DNA from: Nemertoderma westbladi
Lineage: Eukaryota; Animalia; Xenacoelomorpha
DNA length: 59,335 nucleotides
Direction: 5' to 3'
NCBI GenBank assembly: GCA_032718475.1
Contig: JAUCBJ010008348.1
Coordinates: 1 to 59,335 of the forward strand
In this document: in pieces, positions 11,353 through 24,588 of the stretch
How positions within the stretch are numbered: position 1 is the first letter of the stretch
How the letters are laid out: every line of letters starts with the position of its first letter
Position numbers and translations under genes: made by a program
Notes under the pieces: generated by a model
What the model was told of the DNA's origin: nothing
Seen by the model: only the letters and a program-made list of their open reading frames with translations
Databases searched by the model: none

Positions 11353-12990
11353 AGCTGCTATATGAGTTTATCAATATTATAATTAGTTATAATTAGGCTA
11401 GCGGGCGTCGCTGCCTACCCCTCTCGGCCCCCGGACAGCGCAAGATCCTCAGCGCTGGTGTACTTTCGCCGATGTGCCTATCGCCAACGTAGTAGCTGCA
11501 CAACGACCACAACAACCAGCGCGAGTCACTCCACCGTCCGTCCCAAAGGCTTAGATTTACTTCAGGTTCTTACTGGAGAGTTAGGGCTACTTTCACAATT
11601 GCGACTCACTACTGTAAACACACTTTAGTAGTAACATTCACCTATAAACGCACAAATTCCACACAACTGTCACAAACCGCACACATTCGGGCCATTTGTC
11701 CGTTAGTCAAGTGCCTTCCAGAATGCCACGTTATTATTATGTATCCTTGGATACTAGCAGTGTGCTATTTTATTCCTTATGCTATTCAATGGGGCAAGCC
11801 TTTATTGTTCTTTTAACTAACTTCTAATTCTAGCGTGGTTGTTGCCATGGTGACATTATGGAAAGCTAGCGGTAGAATTAGGGTAATTCCCATGCATACA
11901 GATCTGGGATGCTATTTAATAGTAATTCTTTAATTGTCAATATCTCCCTTATACATGATTTTATGAATTTTATCGGCTATTGACTATATATTGGAGATTC
12001 TCGCACACTAATACACTTAATAAGATGAATCTCCGCTCCCATGATCTATTAATTAATGGAATTTTGGGGAATGTTACAAATTGTATAAAATGACAATTTA
12101 TCAAATTCATTAAAAGATATGAATTTAAATTTATTCCCATAAATTTTATTATTTAATATTAAATAGACACAATTTTATTCCAGAGCATGTCTGGGGACTA
12201 GGATCCTGAATTCTAGTAATTTGTCCTTTTAAGAGTATCGGTAAGTGCTACGATATCTTAATAGACTAGAATTTTAAAGGATCTAAAATTTGATAGATTT
12301 TGTAAATATTAATAATTAATATTTAAGATGGGCACCGGTTTATTCCAGAACATGTCTGGGGACGTTAACCATTGATTCTAGAAATTTGTCTTTCAAGTAT
12401 ATCGGTGGGTGCCGCGATATCTTAATCGACTAGAATTACAGATGGTCAAAGGGTTTAACAGATTTATTTTGCGTTTTACGCTACTGTTAAAGGGACATCA
12501 CGCTACTATATGTATTATTTAATATACGGTATGAGAGCAATATCGCAAGAAGCAATGTCAGTGAGAAGAGGCAAGTCGTTTCCAAGGTCTACCCAGAGAT
12601 GGTTTAGCTGAGACACGAGGATCTGAACTTTGCATTCCTAATACTCTACTTACCAATAATACTTGAATATAGTAGGAGCTTTATTGTACTTTAATAAGTA
12701 CGGACATTTCATCTTACTGTAGTCACGTATTTATAATGTAATACGGACAGTAAGGAAAGAGAAAAAGAATTATTTCTCGCCGTCGAACTAAATATATAAT
12801 ATATAAGTAATTAAGTAATAAACGCGAATATATATATGGCACTAATCTACTAAATAATCACTAAAATAACATTCCACTAAATAAAATTAAAGAAAACGAT
12901 TATAATAAAATTACATAATAATACATACATAAGTATAAAATAATAAAGCAAATATAAAATAATATAGTCACACACCCACTCCAGACGCTG

Positions 12991-15900
12991 TTACGTTGGG
13001 GAGTCCCTAGATGTTTGTTGGATTAGGGAGGAGGTCGTGGGAAGAGTATCTTGCCTTCCATAGTTTCCGGACAGTTCTCGGTCTCTTTCCAGTAAACATA
13101 AATGACCAACTGGGAGATTGAGTTGTTGTGTTTCGAATACAATTCCAGGTTTCCTCTTCGTCCTGGAATAGTGACGATAGAAACATCGCTTCAAATACAC
13201 GACGGCCTTACAAAGCCGATTCCAGGATCTATAGTGGTCCATCGCTCCCAGCAGGAGAGGTGAGAGTCCCGGCGAGACGTCTGGTGTTCCAGATCTCCAG
13301 TCTCTCTCTCTGATCTCCACAACAGATCGGTTCGCGGTGGGGGAGTTTAGATCCACAGCGTCGTCCCTGGCAATGTGTAGTACAGACAGATCTATCACGG
13401 GTTTAAATAACCTTGATTTACTCGTCCGGGTTTTAGGTTTGACTTTCTCCGCTCCCTTGGCTTGTCTAATCTCAGCCGTGGTAAGATGGGGAGGCCATTC
13501 ATCTTCTTTACTTAGGAAGTCGGGTCCACCTAACCAGTCTGGAGTATCTGTCAGTTCTTGAGGAGTTGCTCCTCTGGAAGCGATGTCGGCTAGATTAATC
13601 GTCTCGGGGCAATGTCTCCATTGATCTACATTGGAGTTAATATCATCATTATCTGAGGAGTATGGTGTTCCCTCAGTTGGGTCGTCCACATCACTGCTCT
13701 CCACTTCCCATCCCTTTACTTGGTATACTTGTTGTTGAGGTAATCTCTCTTTGAGAGTTCTACGGGAAGGGCCAGTGAAGTACCAACCTACTCTTGTTCT
13801 TCCCGCATAGGTTTGCAATGGTTGCGGTCGAGCAGGCCGTTTCTCTAATGTCTCAAGTGCCTCATGCGCATTTTGGCCGATGAGTATCTGTACCCATGGG
13901 TAGTCGGTGTTGAATCTAGGTATCTCATGCTGCTGGGTGAAATCGTCTTCATCCCAGTTATAAGGTTCCACTTGGCTGGTAGCGAAGTTCTTTATCGCCA
14001 CCATTTTTACTGACCTTATACTGTGTTCTCCTAGTTCATCCTGGGGGGTGGACAACGCGCCTACATAGTAGTCTGTAACTACTGTAGATTTCCAAACCTG
14101 CATAATTCCTGAAAGGTTCAACTTAGTTCGGAACTTGGGTTGTCCAGCAAAGATGTCTTCGGCTAGTTCTTTGTCGATGAATGTTCCTGTGCTGCCGGAG
14201 TCAAGGAGGGCATTCACTACATAGTTATTTTTTAACCCGTGGACTCTCAACTGCACTACGGGAAATTCCCGGATTCCTACGCTGGAAGTTGGCGCTTTCC
14301 AAGATGGTTGTCGGTCCGGAATAGTTAGGGGGAGCTCGCTATCGGTCTCAGTCTCATACGTAAGTGCTCGATACACTGCGGTGTTTATTAAGTAACAGGA
14401 TTCGTTTTTGTCGGAGAATTCATCCGTATAGAATCCTTCCATCTCAGAACTTTGGTCAGTGTCGTTCACATCACTGAATTGGACATGTAGTTCGGACTCA
14501 CTTACCTGACTCGGGCTGTTTCTTTCGAATTCAGTGTGCAACAAGATATGATGTTTCGCGCCGCACTTAGCACACCTTGCGTCGGAGTAACAGGTTCGTC
14601 GTTGGTGTCCTCGTCTGAAGCAATTATAACACAACCGCTTATCCCACATGACTTCACGTCTATCCTTTAGTGATTTCCTCAGGAATTCATCACACACACT
14701 TAAACGGTGGGGCCCGTCGCACAGCACACATTTTGGTTTGATGTTACTTACCTTACTTTGAGTAACGTTGTGCACACTCGTTCTTTCCTCGGGCTTTCTT
14801 CCATGAATTCTCTTAGGAGACGTAGGAGGAGTTTTTCTTACCTGTTCTCTCCTGTCATTGGTTCGAGACTTAAATTTACTTTCGTCCTTAGGCGCTTTGT
14901 TGTCATAGTAAGATCTTTCAGTGTCTTTCCCGCTGTCTTCCTCTTGAGAAGCCTGGCTTACGCCGTCGTCTGTATAACACACTGGTATTACCTTTCTCCT
15001 AGAAACGGGTTTCTCACTTACCTTATTTTCCGGTGTCTTCTCTCTGGACTACTTTAGGAGCTGTAATTTTACCTCTCCATCTAAGAATGACATGAGATCA
15101 GCCATGGTAGGGTCTCTTCGTTGTTGTTCCATCATATATAACACTTTCTTGTCCCAGCGTGTACCTACTCCGCCCTTGGGCAAAGTAGATGCTAAGGCTC
15201 CTACAACCATAGAATTCTGGTATTCATGAGACTTACCTAACCAATCTAGTTGTCTACAGATCTCATGAATCTCGTCGGAAAACTCTATAATCCCGCTGCT
15301 AAGAAACTTTCGGGGCGCCATTAATTCCGCATATAAATACCTAGATATGTTAGTCCTATTGCCATACCTGATGTTCAGTGTATCCCAAACTTGTCTTAAT
15401 CCATCTGGATGTCCAATAAACTTTAACGCCATTAACTTGGGAGATCCTTCCAAGCACTCGATGAGGAATCTAAGTTTCTCTCCGTTAGATAGCACAGAGT
15501 TCTGTATGTTATCTTTATAATATTCATTAAAAGGTAACCATTTCATCTCATCTCCATTGAACTTGACGATCTCTCCCACCTTTACCGCTTGACGGGCTTC
15601 GGTTCTAGCCATTTGACGCGTAAAACTTTCTTGGGCCATCGTGTTATTTAATATCGAGTTATCGGTATATAAATTTCTCGGATTATGATCAGGTCTATAT
15701 GGAATATCATTGTCAACAGGTTTATAATTACCCTTAATAGGGTTTACCATAGGAGTTTCTACTTCACTAGCAGTATAGATGCGTGTAGGCTCCACACCTT
15801 GCGCATGAAATACTTCAGACCTAACAGGTTGACACATTGTTACAGGGGGTGGTGGTATACCCTTTTGTATATTTACTAATTTATCGCATTCTAACGCGAT

Positions 15901-16254
15901 ACTCTGCTGCACTTCTTGCAACTCTAACCTACTTTCCCTTACCGTGCCCTTGAACTGCTGAACAGTTCCTTCCATCTCACGGACCTGCTGAGAGGAGCAT
16001 GTATGGTGTTCCCTCAGCTGCCCGAGCAGGAGACCCATCTCCCGTCGTCCCTCAGCTACCCACTCGACCGCCGAAGCGGGAGTCGCCAACGTAGTAGCGA
16101 GCGAGCGAGAGACGACGGGCGATAAGTTCTTGATATCTCGCTCGGCGTCCAGGACGGGTTCGGACTCGGGAACAGTCCTACTGGGCACAGGTAGTTTAGT
16201 ACTGTGCAAAGGGAATTTAGAGGTAGGTTCTGGGAGTACAGGTGTCTCTATCAC
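12991..16254 (-). pseudogene. BEL Gag-protease of copy B, with an in-frame TAG at 15049
   Basis: ORFs 15049..16254 and 12991..14982 share a frame; copy A has CAG at the stop; same motifs as copy A. Confidence 0.9.
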
Positions 16255-16288
16255 CGAAGGGGTGGCTTCGAGAACGGGCCTAATTATT

Positions 16289-17938
16289 TCAGGCTATCTT
16301 TCTTTCTATTTTAACAATTTGGTCTGTGGGTTCTGTACTACCTAAGTCTGTGCTAGCTAGTTGCCTTCTAACAACTGGGGGCAAATCAGGCAATTTCTGA
16401 CGATGAGGCATTCTTCTACGTCTGCTTAGACGAGATCTATTTCCTCCGCCTTCAGGATCGGTAGTATCGCCTTCATCAGATGATGTATATCCCTGTCTTT
16501 TGGGAGTAGATCGACTCATCATCTGCATTTGACTAGCTGTTAACTGTTTATTTATGCAGTCTTGCTTCTCTTGAATATTTTCCAACTCTAGTTGGGTGAT
16601 CTCTTCAGACGCTCTCCATTCTGCTTCTGCCACTGCTATCTTTCTTTCCGCCTCTGCCACTGCCGCTTTCGCCTCTGCCGCTGCCACTGCCGCCTTTCTT
16701 TCCGCCGCTGCCTCTGCCGCCTTTCTTTCCGCTTCTGCCTCGGCCATTGCCGCTGCTGCTGTCTTTCTGTCTTCTATACGTTTTTTCTTTACTTGTTTTT
16801 CTTGGACCCTAGCGATGCGGAGTCTTTCATCAAATTTAGCTTGGTTAGCAGCTAACATTTCCGCATCAATTGCGTCCAACACAAGCTTGGCTCCTTCACT
16901 ATTAGGGCGAAGTCCAGACAGCCGTCTCCTCAACTCTTCGTCACCTAGGAATCGTTGATAGTCTGACAGATAGATGTCAATAGCGTCCCTCGTCTGCGGT
17001 TTCTCTGCTGTCGCTTCGCTTTCCACGTGAGAAAAGGTAGCGTCTGTTGATTCTCCATGGGTTGAGCGCTCAGCCAGCTGAACTTTCCACTGGGCCGTTC
17101 CTTGAACCTTGAGACTCACCCGCTGGAACCAAGTCTTTACAGCAACTTGCAACGACGTGTCTTGTCTTCTTTTTGAAGCTTCCTCAAAGGCTGATAGGAT
17201 TAGTCTGATTCTTAGAATTCTTTCTATAACTTGATAAAGCAGCTCTCCCTGCTCTTGAGGTCCTTGGGGTTATCGAAACAGTTGTTCCTCTAATCGCTCC
17301 AAAGAGCTGAAGAATCCCTGTATGTATCCCGCTGCCGACCTCTTCCATACAGCTGGATCACTGGTGTCTTTTGTCACTCCCATCCTGTGTATGTCTTCCC
17401 AGGCAGCTTCCGATAAGTCAAACGGGAGTCCGGGTCCGGGGAAGTTCCATTGTGACTCGACAATAGACTTCAGTTCCTCCCTTGTGTATCCCGCATAACT
17501 ATCCTTGGTCGATCTCTTACTTCTCGCCCAATCAATTTGGTGTTCCTCCACCGCAATCAATACCCTAGTGAGTACGGCTGCAGGAAGGATGAGAAGGGGA
17601 TCCGAATAAACCGCATCTGCCATCTTTGCTCCGCGCTCGGGTGTCAGCTCTACAGTATCCGAACTACTGGAGCTACCGGGCCGCTGAGAAATAAGTTCTC
17701 GGCTCGAGTGTTGCTGCTGTTTCGCTGCTTCTTGGTCACGCTTGACTTGGGCCCGAGTGCCTATGATAGACCTACGGTGTTGGACTAGCCTAGGGTCTGA
17801 TACCACTACTGGAGGGATGATCTTTCTTACAGTAGGAGGTGAGTTGAACTTCGGTCTCACACGTTCCACACTCCTATCTGGGTCACAGATGGTTGTATCT
17901 AGGAGACTGTCTGACAGGTTTTGCTTTGTGTCAGACAT
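16289..17938 (-). pseudogene. N-terminal Gag extension (coiled-coil, Ala/Glu-rich), disrupted
   Basis: ORFs 17270..17938 and 16289..17152 share a frame and are separated by a stop; frameshift to the 16254 ORF; AEAERKAA repeats. Confidence 0.6.
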
Positions 17939-18065
17939 GTTTGTTTGTACAGTTGAATGCCTACTGCTATATTACAGTTAAAGCTAGTCTAGTAATTCAG
18001 TATCACTGTTAGCCTAGTAATTAATTACCGATATCGTTACTCTATGTAATGTGATATATATACAA

Positions 18066-18450
18066 TATATTAGAGTACCGGTATATACTTATAGTATATA
18101 TAAGTATTATTACAGACTAGGTTTGTCACAGAATACCGGTATATAATTTCAGCGCAAATATATAAATATATAATAAGCCTATTGTGAATACCGGTATACA
18201 GCTTACACTTATAGTATATATAAGTATAATTACAGACTAGAATTAATTACAGAATACCGGTATATAATTTCAGCGCAAATATATAGAAATAAATATAATA
18301 AGCCTATTGTAAATACCGGTATACAGCTTACACTTATAGTATATATATAAGTATAATTACAGACTAGAATTAATTACAGAATACCGGTATATAATTTCCG
18401 CTCAAATTTATAGAAATAAATATAATAAGCTTATTGTAAATACCGGTATG
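18066..18450. repeat. ~120-bp tandem repeat (about 3 copies) in the 5' leader of copy B
   Basis: Repeated TACCGGTATA...CTTATAGTATATATAAGTA...ACAGACTAG units. Confidence 0.85.
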
Positions 18451-19972
18451 TCAATTATTTTAGAATAATTGAATTTCTGAATTTTAGGGGTTACTTGGTT
18501 ACTTTACTTTACCTTATTACCGTTATTTAAGCAGTAGTCCAACTGATATTAAGACCTAATTGTTGTATGACAGGCCTACTAATTTATAAATCGGTTTGAG
18601 TTGATTTATAATATATATATACCCGTTTAATGGGTTTTTGTCAATATTTGAAATAAATGTTATTATTTCTGGGAAGGAGTCACTGCACAGAAGCTGTACG
18701 CTCTCAGTGAAGTGCTACTTGTTGGACACTAAAACAAATAATTCTAATTTGCCTAAGTTACTTAATACTACAAATTACGTACAATTCGGGGTGAGATTAC
18801 AATCTCTAAATAAACACAAAAATTACACGTACGAATTTTTAGGGTAATTTTACAAGAAGTCTACAAACCAGCCTAACAAAGGGTTAGAATATCTGGTTAT
18901 TACAAACAGACAGGATACTACGGTATTTGAAAATAACAAAGCATTAGTAAATATACTGCGTTGTCCAGATAGGAAAAATACCACCGTCTGACGACTTATA
19001 GCCGTAACGCTATAAGTACTACGTTATGTATCACGGAGTGTTCCTACCTAGAAGTTAATTACCGCGGCCTACCAGAGCCAACATGCCTATTAACCACTTT
19101 ACAACACAAATATACTGCCTACACACTAATTACCTTCGGAAAGTACTGTACACTAAACCCTAAATTAGATACAAGTACTTATACAACAAATAACTAGCAG
19201 TTAAAAATACTTGAACAGCTAAAAGAACCACGGTATCTGCCGGAGTGACCAAAGCATAAAATCTCCAGTCTTTACCTACGCCAAACAGCCCTGATGTAGT
19301 ACCGGGGTTAATTTAACTATAACGGTATACATAACAAGCACAATTACTGTAGGAATAAACTTGGGGTATGTGAATGTTGCGAATAATCGCATAAACTCTG
19401 AATAATAAATATTACGCTACCCGTACAGACTACACAAACAAAATACAAACCAAATGCTGGCAGACTACTATCAAGCCTAAATAAACCACAGAATATGCAG
19501 ACTCCGAAATGGTTAGTTAGTATGCGTTCTAACCGAGTAGTACGACTTATTCTTTCAGGGGGATTTACCTTACAGCACTGGAAGCCACCCACTTTCCTAA
19601 CTAGTACTTTATCGGACATACACTCTACACACACTGTAATCTCTTCAGACTTAACAACAGTCAGACAACAGTCCAGCCTACAAATTATCTGTACAATCTG
19701 AGCAGGCTTACACGTCTTCTGCTCAATATTAACTTACAGATAAATAAAACTGACAGAAATAAGTAAAATCTCAATAAAAAACCAGGGCGGCCGTCCCTGA
19801 TTAAATATGAAGACCTACCAGTATATAATTATAAAAATCGAATAATACTGCTTTACCTGTACAGCTGTAAGCACCGGTTCGGGTGGTTAGGTAGTTAGGC
19901 CTACTGGTTACCGGTCGACCGGTACTTTTGCCTTTTATTGCCTACGTGCAATAAAGAAGCTATAACTGTTAT

Positions 19973-21119
19973 TGTTCGCGCTTTTAGACCTTTAGCAGTT
20001 TAACCTGCCAAATTTAGGTGTCTTATAGGTTATAAATCGACTTTAGCCTATGACAAGTATTTGATACACTAAATTAGCCGAAGCCAGCCTATGCGCGACC
20101 ATTCACCCGATGGATTTACCCGGGAGACTGGATTCGGAAGCTCTGATCTTATTGCGGTATAGGCCTACTGTATTATTCGATTGATCGTTAATATATAATC
20201 TCTGACAAATATTATTCACTTTCGGGAAATATTAACAGTTCCTTTAGGACGTGACGCTCTAAGTATGTAAACAGAGTTATGACTTACACTAAACACAACG
20301 GGATGGCTAATGATTCACGTATAAAGCGCATTCTTTAGGAGATGCTTTGTTATCTATCACACTCATGCACACTACCGCACAATGCTGCACACCGATCTGC
20401 CGACCTTCACTAATTTTAATCATATATAAGGAGAACAGCCACTGACACATGTAGGGCCTATGAAATAGCATTCAATTCACTCCAAAACCAATATAATGTG
20501 AGTCGCAATTGCTATATGTAACCGGTCTCTCTAACCTTCAGTATATCAAGAAGATTGGGGTTTTCTGATTATTTATCGATATTCTCCAAATATAACAACA
20601 TATTCCATCAACTGATACAATTAGTAACCGACAGTAAATAGCAGTAAAATAATGCGGTGTTTGTATGTGACCAGGTCTGTTATGAGTTTGTTAGATAGAA
20701 TAACAGTTATACGTTTCTATGATCAAAGCCGTTCTAATGTTTGGCTAAAGTCTGAAACACAGAATAATTCCACAGCCGGTGTTCTAGGCTTAGGAAAAAT
20801 ACACACTGACTGAATTGCGTGAGTTTCTATATGCACTGTCCAACACAAAGAAAATCGCTCTGATTGGCTGAATTGGCTGAGCCGAACAAAGAACCAAAGC
20901 TCCTTACTAAAAGCTCCACGTGGATACAGCTGATAGATGTCGTCATCCAAGTTCCGATGTTTAGAGTATTTGAGCTTATTGCGGAGAAAAATGGCTTTTT
21001 ATGTCCGCTAAAGCACACATGCAGACATAGCGGGCAAAATCGCTTGTTATGTCCGTTAAAATACCTACTCGGTATATTGCGGAGAAAAATAGCTTGTTAC
21101 ATCCGCAAAAGCTTTTACA
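19973..21119 (-). repeat. 5' LTR of BEL copy B
   Basis: Reverse complement begins TGTAAAAGCTT and ends GCGCGAACA, as for LTR A. Confidence 0.85.
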
Positions 21120-21174
21120 ATCGCTGTTACTTTATTCAAAAATTGATATATTTATCTGTCATACTGCTATTATA

Positions 21175-21390
21175 GTAAAGTAAAGTTTTCTTCGGCCATT
21201 GTGCCAGGTATTATTACGCACAAAGTCTGATAACTTATTTCCAGTGTGGTCCACCCGGAACTATACTCCCATGGCAAACTGGTTTACTCATTGAGCTACC
21301 GTTTAAGGATGAAAAGCGCCCCAGTAGTCCAGGACCCACGACCTCCCGGATACATGTGAATTGAAGGCAATGGATTTAACAACTACACAA
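21175..21390 (-). mobile_element. Degenerate tRNA-derived SINE
   Basis: Minus-strand head GTGTAGTTGTTAA (A-box-like) and GGTCGTGGGTCC (degenerate B-box region); short (CTTTA)n tail. Confidence 0.45.
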
Positions 21391-21404
21391 GATGTGACTT
21401 AGTG

Positions 21405-21681
21405 GGCCCATGTGAAGAATATCAGACTTTCTGCTGTTATATTTCACTTTGCAGTTACCGCCATGTGAAGAATACTAGGTTTTCACCAAAAACACAGTTA
21501 ACAGAAGGGCTGAATCTAACCAAAACAATAAACGAATTAGTATATGTACAGGTTATAAGACTGAAATAAAGCGCTATAAAACACTTAATAAAGATAAATT
21601 AAAAAAATGACATATCTTTATATATAAAATTCCAATAAAAAGTCGACCGAAAAGTGAAATCCTGGTATTCTTCACATGGGC
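21405..21681. mobile_element. Mutator-like MITE
   Basis: TIR GCCCATGTGAAGAATA / TATTCTTCACATGGGC; 9-bp TSD GACTTAGTG. Confidence 0.85.
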
Positions 21682-21959
21682 GACTTAGTGAGTTACCTAA
21701 TAATACTAGTGTGATATTCCTTTTTTAAATATAAGTATGATACATTAGCTTCCATTGGCTGTAGCATAGGAGTTTAAGCACTTTAACGGTAAAGGGTGGA
21801 TTAAATTCGGTTAGATTTTCCAGTACATCTGTATATTGACAGCACACTAGCGGTAGACTGGAGAAATAACGATTAGCGTCCCCACAAAGACTCATCCTAG
21901 GGATGGTCTATTACGTATATCTACCAAGTTGCAGCTTGAACGGATAATAAGTTTTAATC

Positions 21960-22610
21960 CACGAACTGATCTCTAGCAAACTAGATTACAACAACGCGTT
22001 ATATTATGGTCTTCCTTGGAACGTAGTTAAAAAGTTGCAGTATGTCCAGAATTCTGCCGCACGCCTGCTAACAGTAACACGCAAAAGAGACCACATTACA
22101 CCGGTGTTGACAGAGCTACATTGCATTGGCTACATATTCTACGCCGGATCGATTTCAAGATTGCGCTAATGACCTATAAATGTATTCACATCATCGGCAT
22201 AACGTGAATTACGTCCGCTGAACTGGCCCTTCTTAGCATTCCTAAATTCAATCTTGCAAGCTATGCTAAACGTTCTTTCCGTTTGCGGTAGCTGCACCAA
22301 CAATTTCGAACTCACTTCCCATCAACATTCGCCGATCTCCCTCGATAGAAATATTTAAGAAACTATTAAAGACTCATTCATTCAAAATGGAATTCCAATG
22401 ATTATAATTAAATTTTTTTAACATGAATTATAATCTCACGTTTCTCAAGTGAACTCATGTCTTCAGTTGTGTTTTTAATTATGTTTTTAACTCTTTTAAT
22501 TCAGTTCATACAGTGATTGGTTTTTATTAATTTTAAGATTATGTGTAATGTGCGCCTTTGACCACTACGTAAAGGGCGCGATATAAATTTATATATTATG
22601 ATTATAAATA
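21960..22610 (+). mobile_element. L2-clade LINE 3' fragment
   Basis: Frameshifted translation SKLDYNNALYYGLP..KLQYVQNSAARLL..DHITPVLTELH..FKKLLKTH. Confidence 0.85.
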
Positions 22611-22647
22611 TCAATTAATCAATATCCAAGATTCAAATTACTTTTAA

Positions 22648-23775
22648 GGGGGGGGTAGCGCATTTTCTGACCAAAAAGACGAATTTTTGAAACATATCCT
22701 ATCTGATGCAGAATTTCATGCTGAATCCAAATATGGAAACCGTTTTCCGATATCTTGCTTAGTTTTCGAGATATCTTAGATAGAAGATACTGGCTCCGAT
22801 ATATTGCGATATCGGTAAAGGCGATGAAGTTCGGGGTTTGCATTCAATTTCTGCAAATTTCTGCGCTCATTGTTGCCAATTGGATGTCTCCACGAAAAAG
22901 AGCACAAAATTTTAATTGAGAAGGTATTTTTTTATGATTATTGGACCTACTGATCAGTTTATAAGACAACTTCAAGTCTCCGGAATGAAGACGGGACTCG
23001 AATAAGCAACTCTGCAGTCTTTGCGCGATTACACGGAATAGACTTATCGGTCATCGGAGATCTTCAAAATGTATAATCTCCAGTTCTAGTGGTCGTACGA
23101 AGTTCGTTTTAGGCTCATTCGAAAGCTCTTTCCTTAGAGAACAACGTTACCATTTGATTTAAGACAAAATGGTTGTGAAGCAACATAACATGAATTTGGG
23201 TAAAATATGCCTTGCAAATTTTGTTCAAGTTATGATTGCTCAGGCAGCTTTCAAGAGTTTGCCAAACCAAATGGTATCTTTGGTCTCTGAGAAAAGAGCT
23301 TTCGAATGAGCCCAAAACGAACTCCGTACGACCACTAGAACTGGAGATTATACATTTTGAAGATCTCCGATGACCGATAAGTCTATTCCGTGTAATACCG
23401 CAAAGACCGCAGAGTCGCTTATTCGAGTCCCGTCTTCATTCCGGAGACTTGAAGTTGTATTATAAACTGATCAGTAGGTCCAATAATCATAAAAAAATTC
23501 CTTCTCAATTAAAATTTTGTGCTCTTTCTCGTGGAGACATCCAATTAGCACCACTGAGCACAGAAATATGCAGAAATTGTATGCAAACCCCAAACTTCAT
23601 CGCCTTTACCGATATCGCGATATATAGGAGCCAGTATCTTCTATCCCAGATATCTCGAAAACTAAGCAAGATATGTGAAAACGGTTTCTATATTTGGATT
23701 CAGCATGAAATTCTGCATCAGATAGGATATGTTTCAAAAATTCGACTTTTTGGTCAGAAAATGCGCTACCCCCCC
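22648..23775. mobile_element. Foldback non-autonomous DNA transposon with ~490-bp inverted arms (Kolobok-like)
   Basis: TTAA|GGGGGGGGTAGCGC ... GCGCTACCCCCCC|TTAA; mirrored ORFs 22619..22843 and 23449..23859. Confidence 0.85.
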
Positions 23776-23918
23776 TTAATTCTAATTAAAAATGACGGAA
23801 ATGGGAGAATGTTTTCACTTTCATACATTTCGCCCTTTAGCGGGAAGAACTGGAACTAGAACTGCATACCGATTAGTGGCGATTACCGACCCCGCAAAGA
23901 CACAGGATATATTCTAGC

Positions 23919-23973
23919 CAAGGACTACTATACTACAGTATTATAGTAGTATACAGTAGTATAGTAGTCCTTG
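23919..23973. mobile_element. 55-bp palindromic mini-element with P-like termini
   Basis: 18-bp perfect TIR CAAGGACTACTATACTAC; 8-bp TSD ATTCTAGC. Confidence 0.85.
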
Positions 23974-24588
23974 ATTCTAGCACATATCTGACAAGTTTGT
24001 CCTTGGTCGCAATACTGTAGGTTGCAAATGTGAAAGTGAAACATTTCCTGAAGACAAACTTGGCTGCTATAGTTCTACACATGCAGACTCGTAGACGTTG
24101 ACATCATAATACGCTGTACATGTAGCAGTATGAAAGTCGGTAGGCCCTAAAGTGAAACATTTTCTGAATACGACTCTGTTGCAACACATTCAGGCAGTCA
24201 GGCACACAAGCAAGGAATTCACTATTGTAGGCAAAACCAATCAGGCATGTACTGTAGTTTTAGTATGATACCGGTACTGGTGGGTTGATAAAGTGAAACT
24301 TTCTAACTCAGTACCATTCCCCTTTCGAAATGCAGATATCCATTACTGCATTAGGTACCGGTAGTACGGTACCGTAGTGTTTCTCATATAGTCTGCCTGT
24401 ACGGTCTGACAGTAGGTAGATTCGTAAATAACGGTAGTTGGTTTGGTCTGTTGGTAGTAGGCCTATAGTTTCATTTATCATAAGTCTGATTTCTAGAATA
24501 ATGACCAGTAGGCCTAAGTCTATAAAATAACATTTTAATTTTTTAAATTAGGCCTACCGGTATACAGTAAGCTGAGAGCTAGCTAGAT

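Larger units (their letters stand above)
10060..21119 (-). mobile_element. BEL/Pao LTR retrotransposon, copy B (5' LTR present, 3' truncated), non-autonomous
   Basis: Inverted homolog of 1-4580 and 5737-6976; same gag-protease and same RT deletion junction; left boundary approximate. Confidence 0.9.

Noticed and set aside
819-17981. Short antisense ORFs overlapping the BEL genes
   Set aside because: Shadow frames of the real coding strand with no recognisable motifs.
19234-19251. TGGTCACTCCGGCAGAT (minus) as the PBS of copy B
   Set aside because: About 720 bp from the apparent LTR end, not preceded by an LTR terminus, and no tRNA match I can confirm.
22619-23859. Paired ORFs MQTPNFIAF... 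as duplicated genes
   Set aside because: Mirror products of the inverted arms of a foldback transposon.
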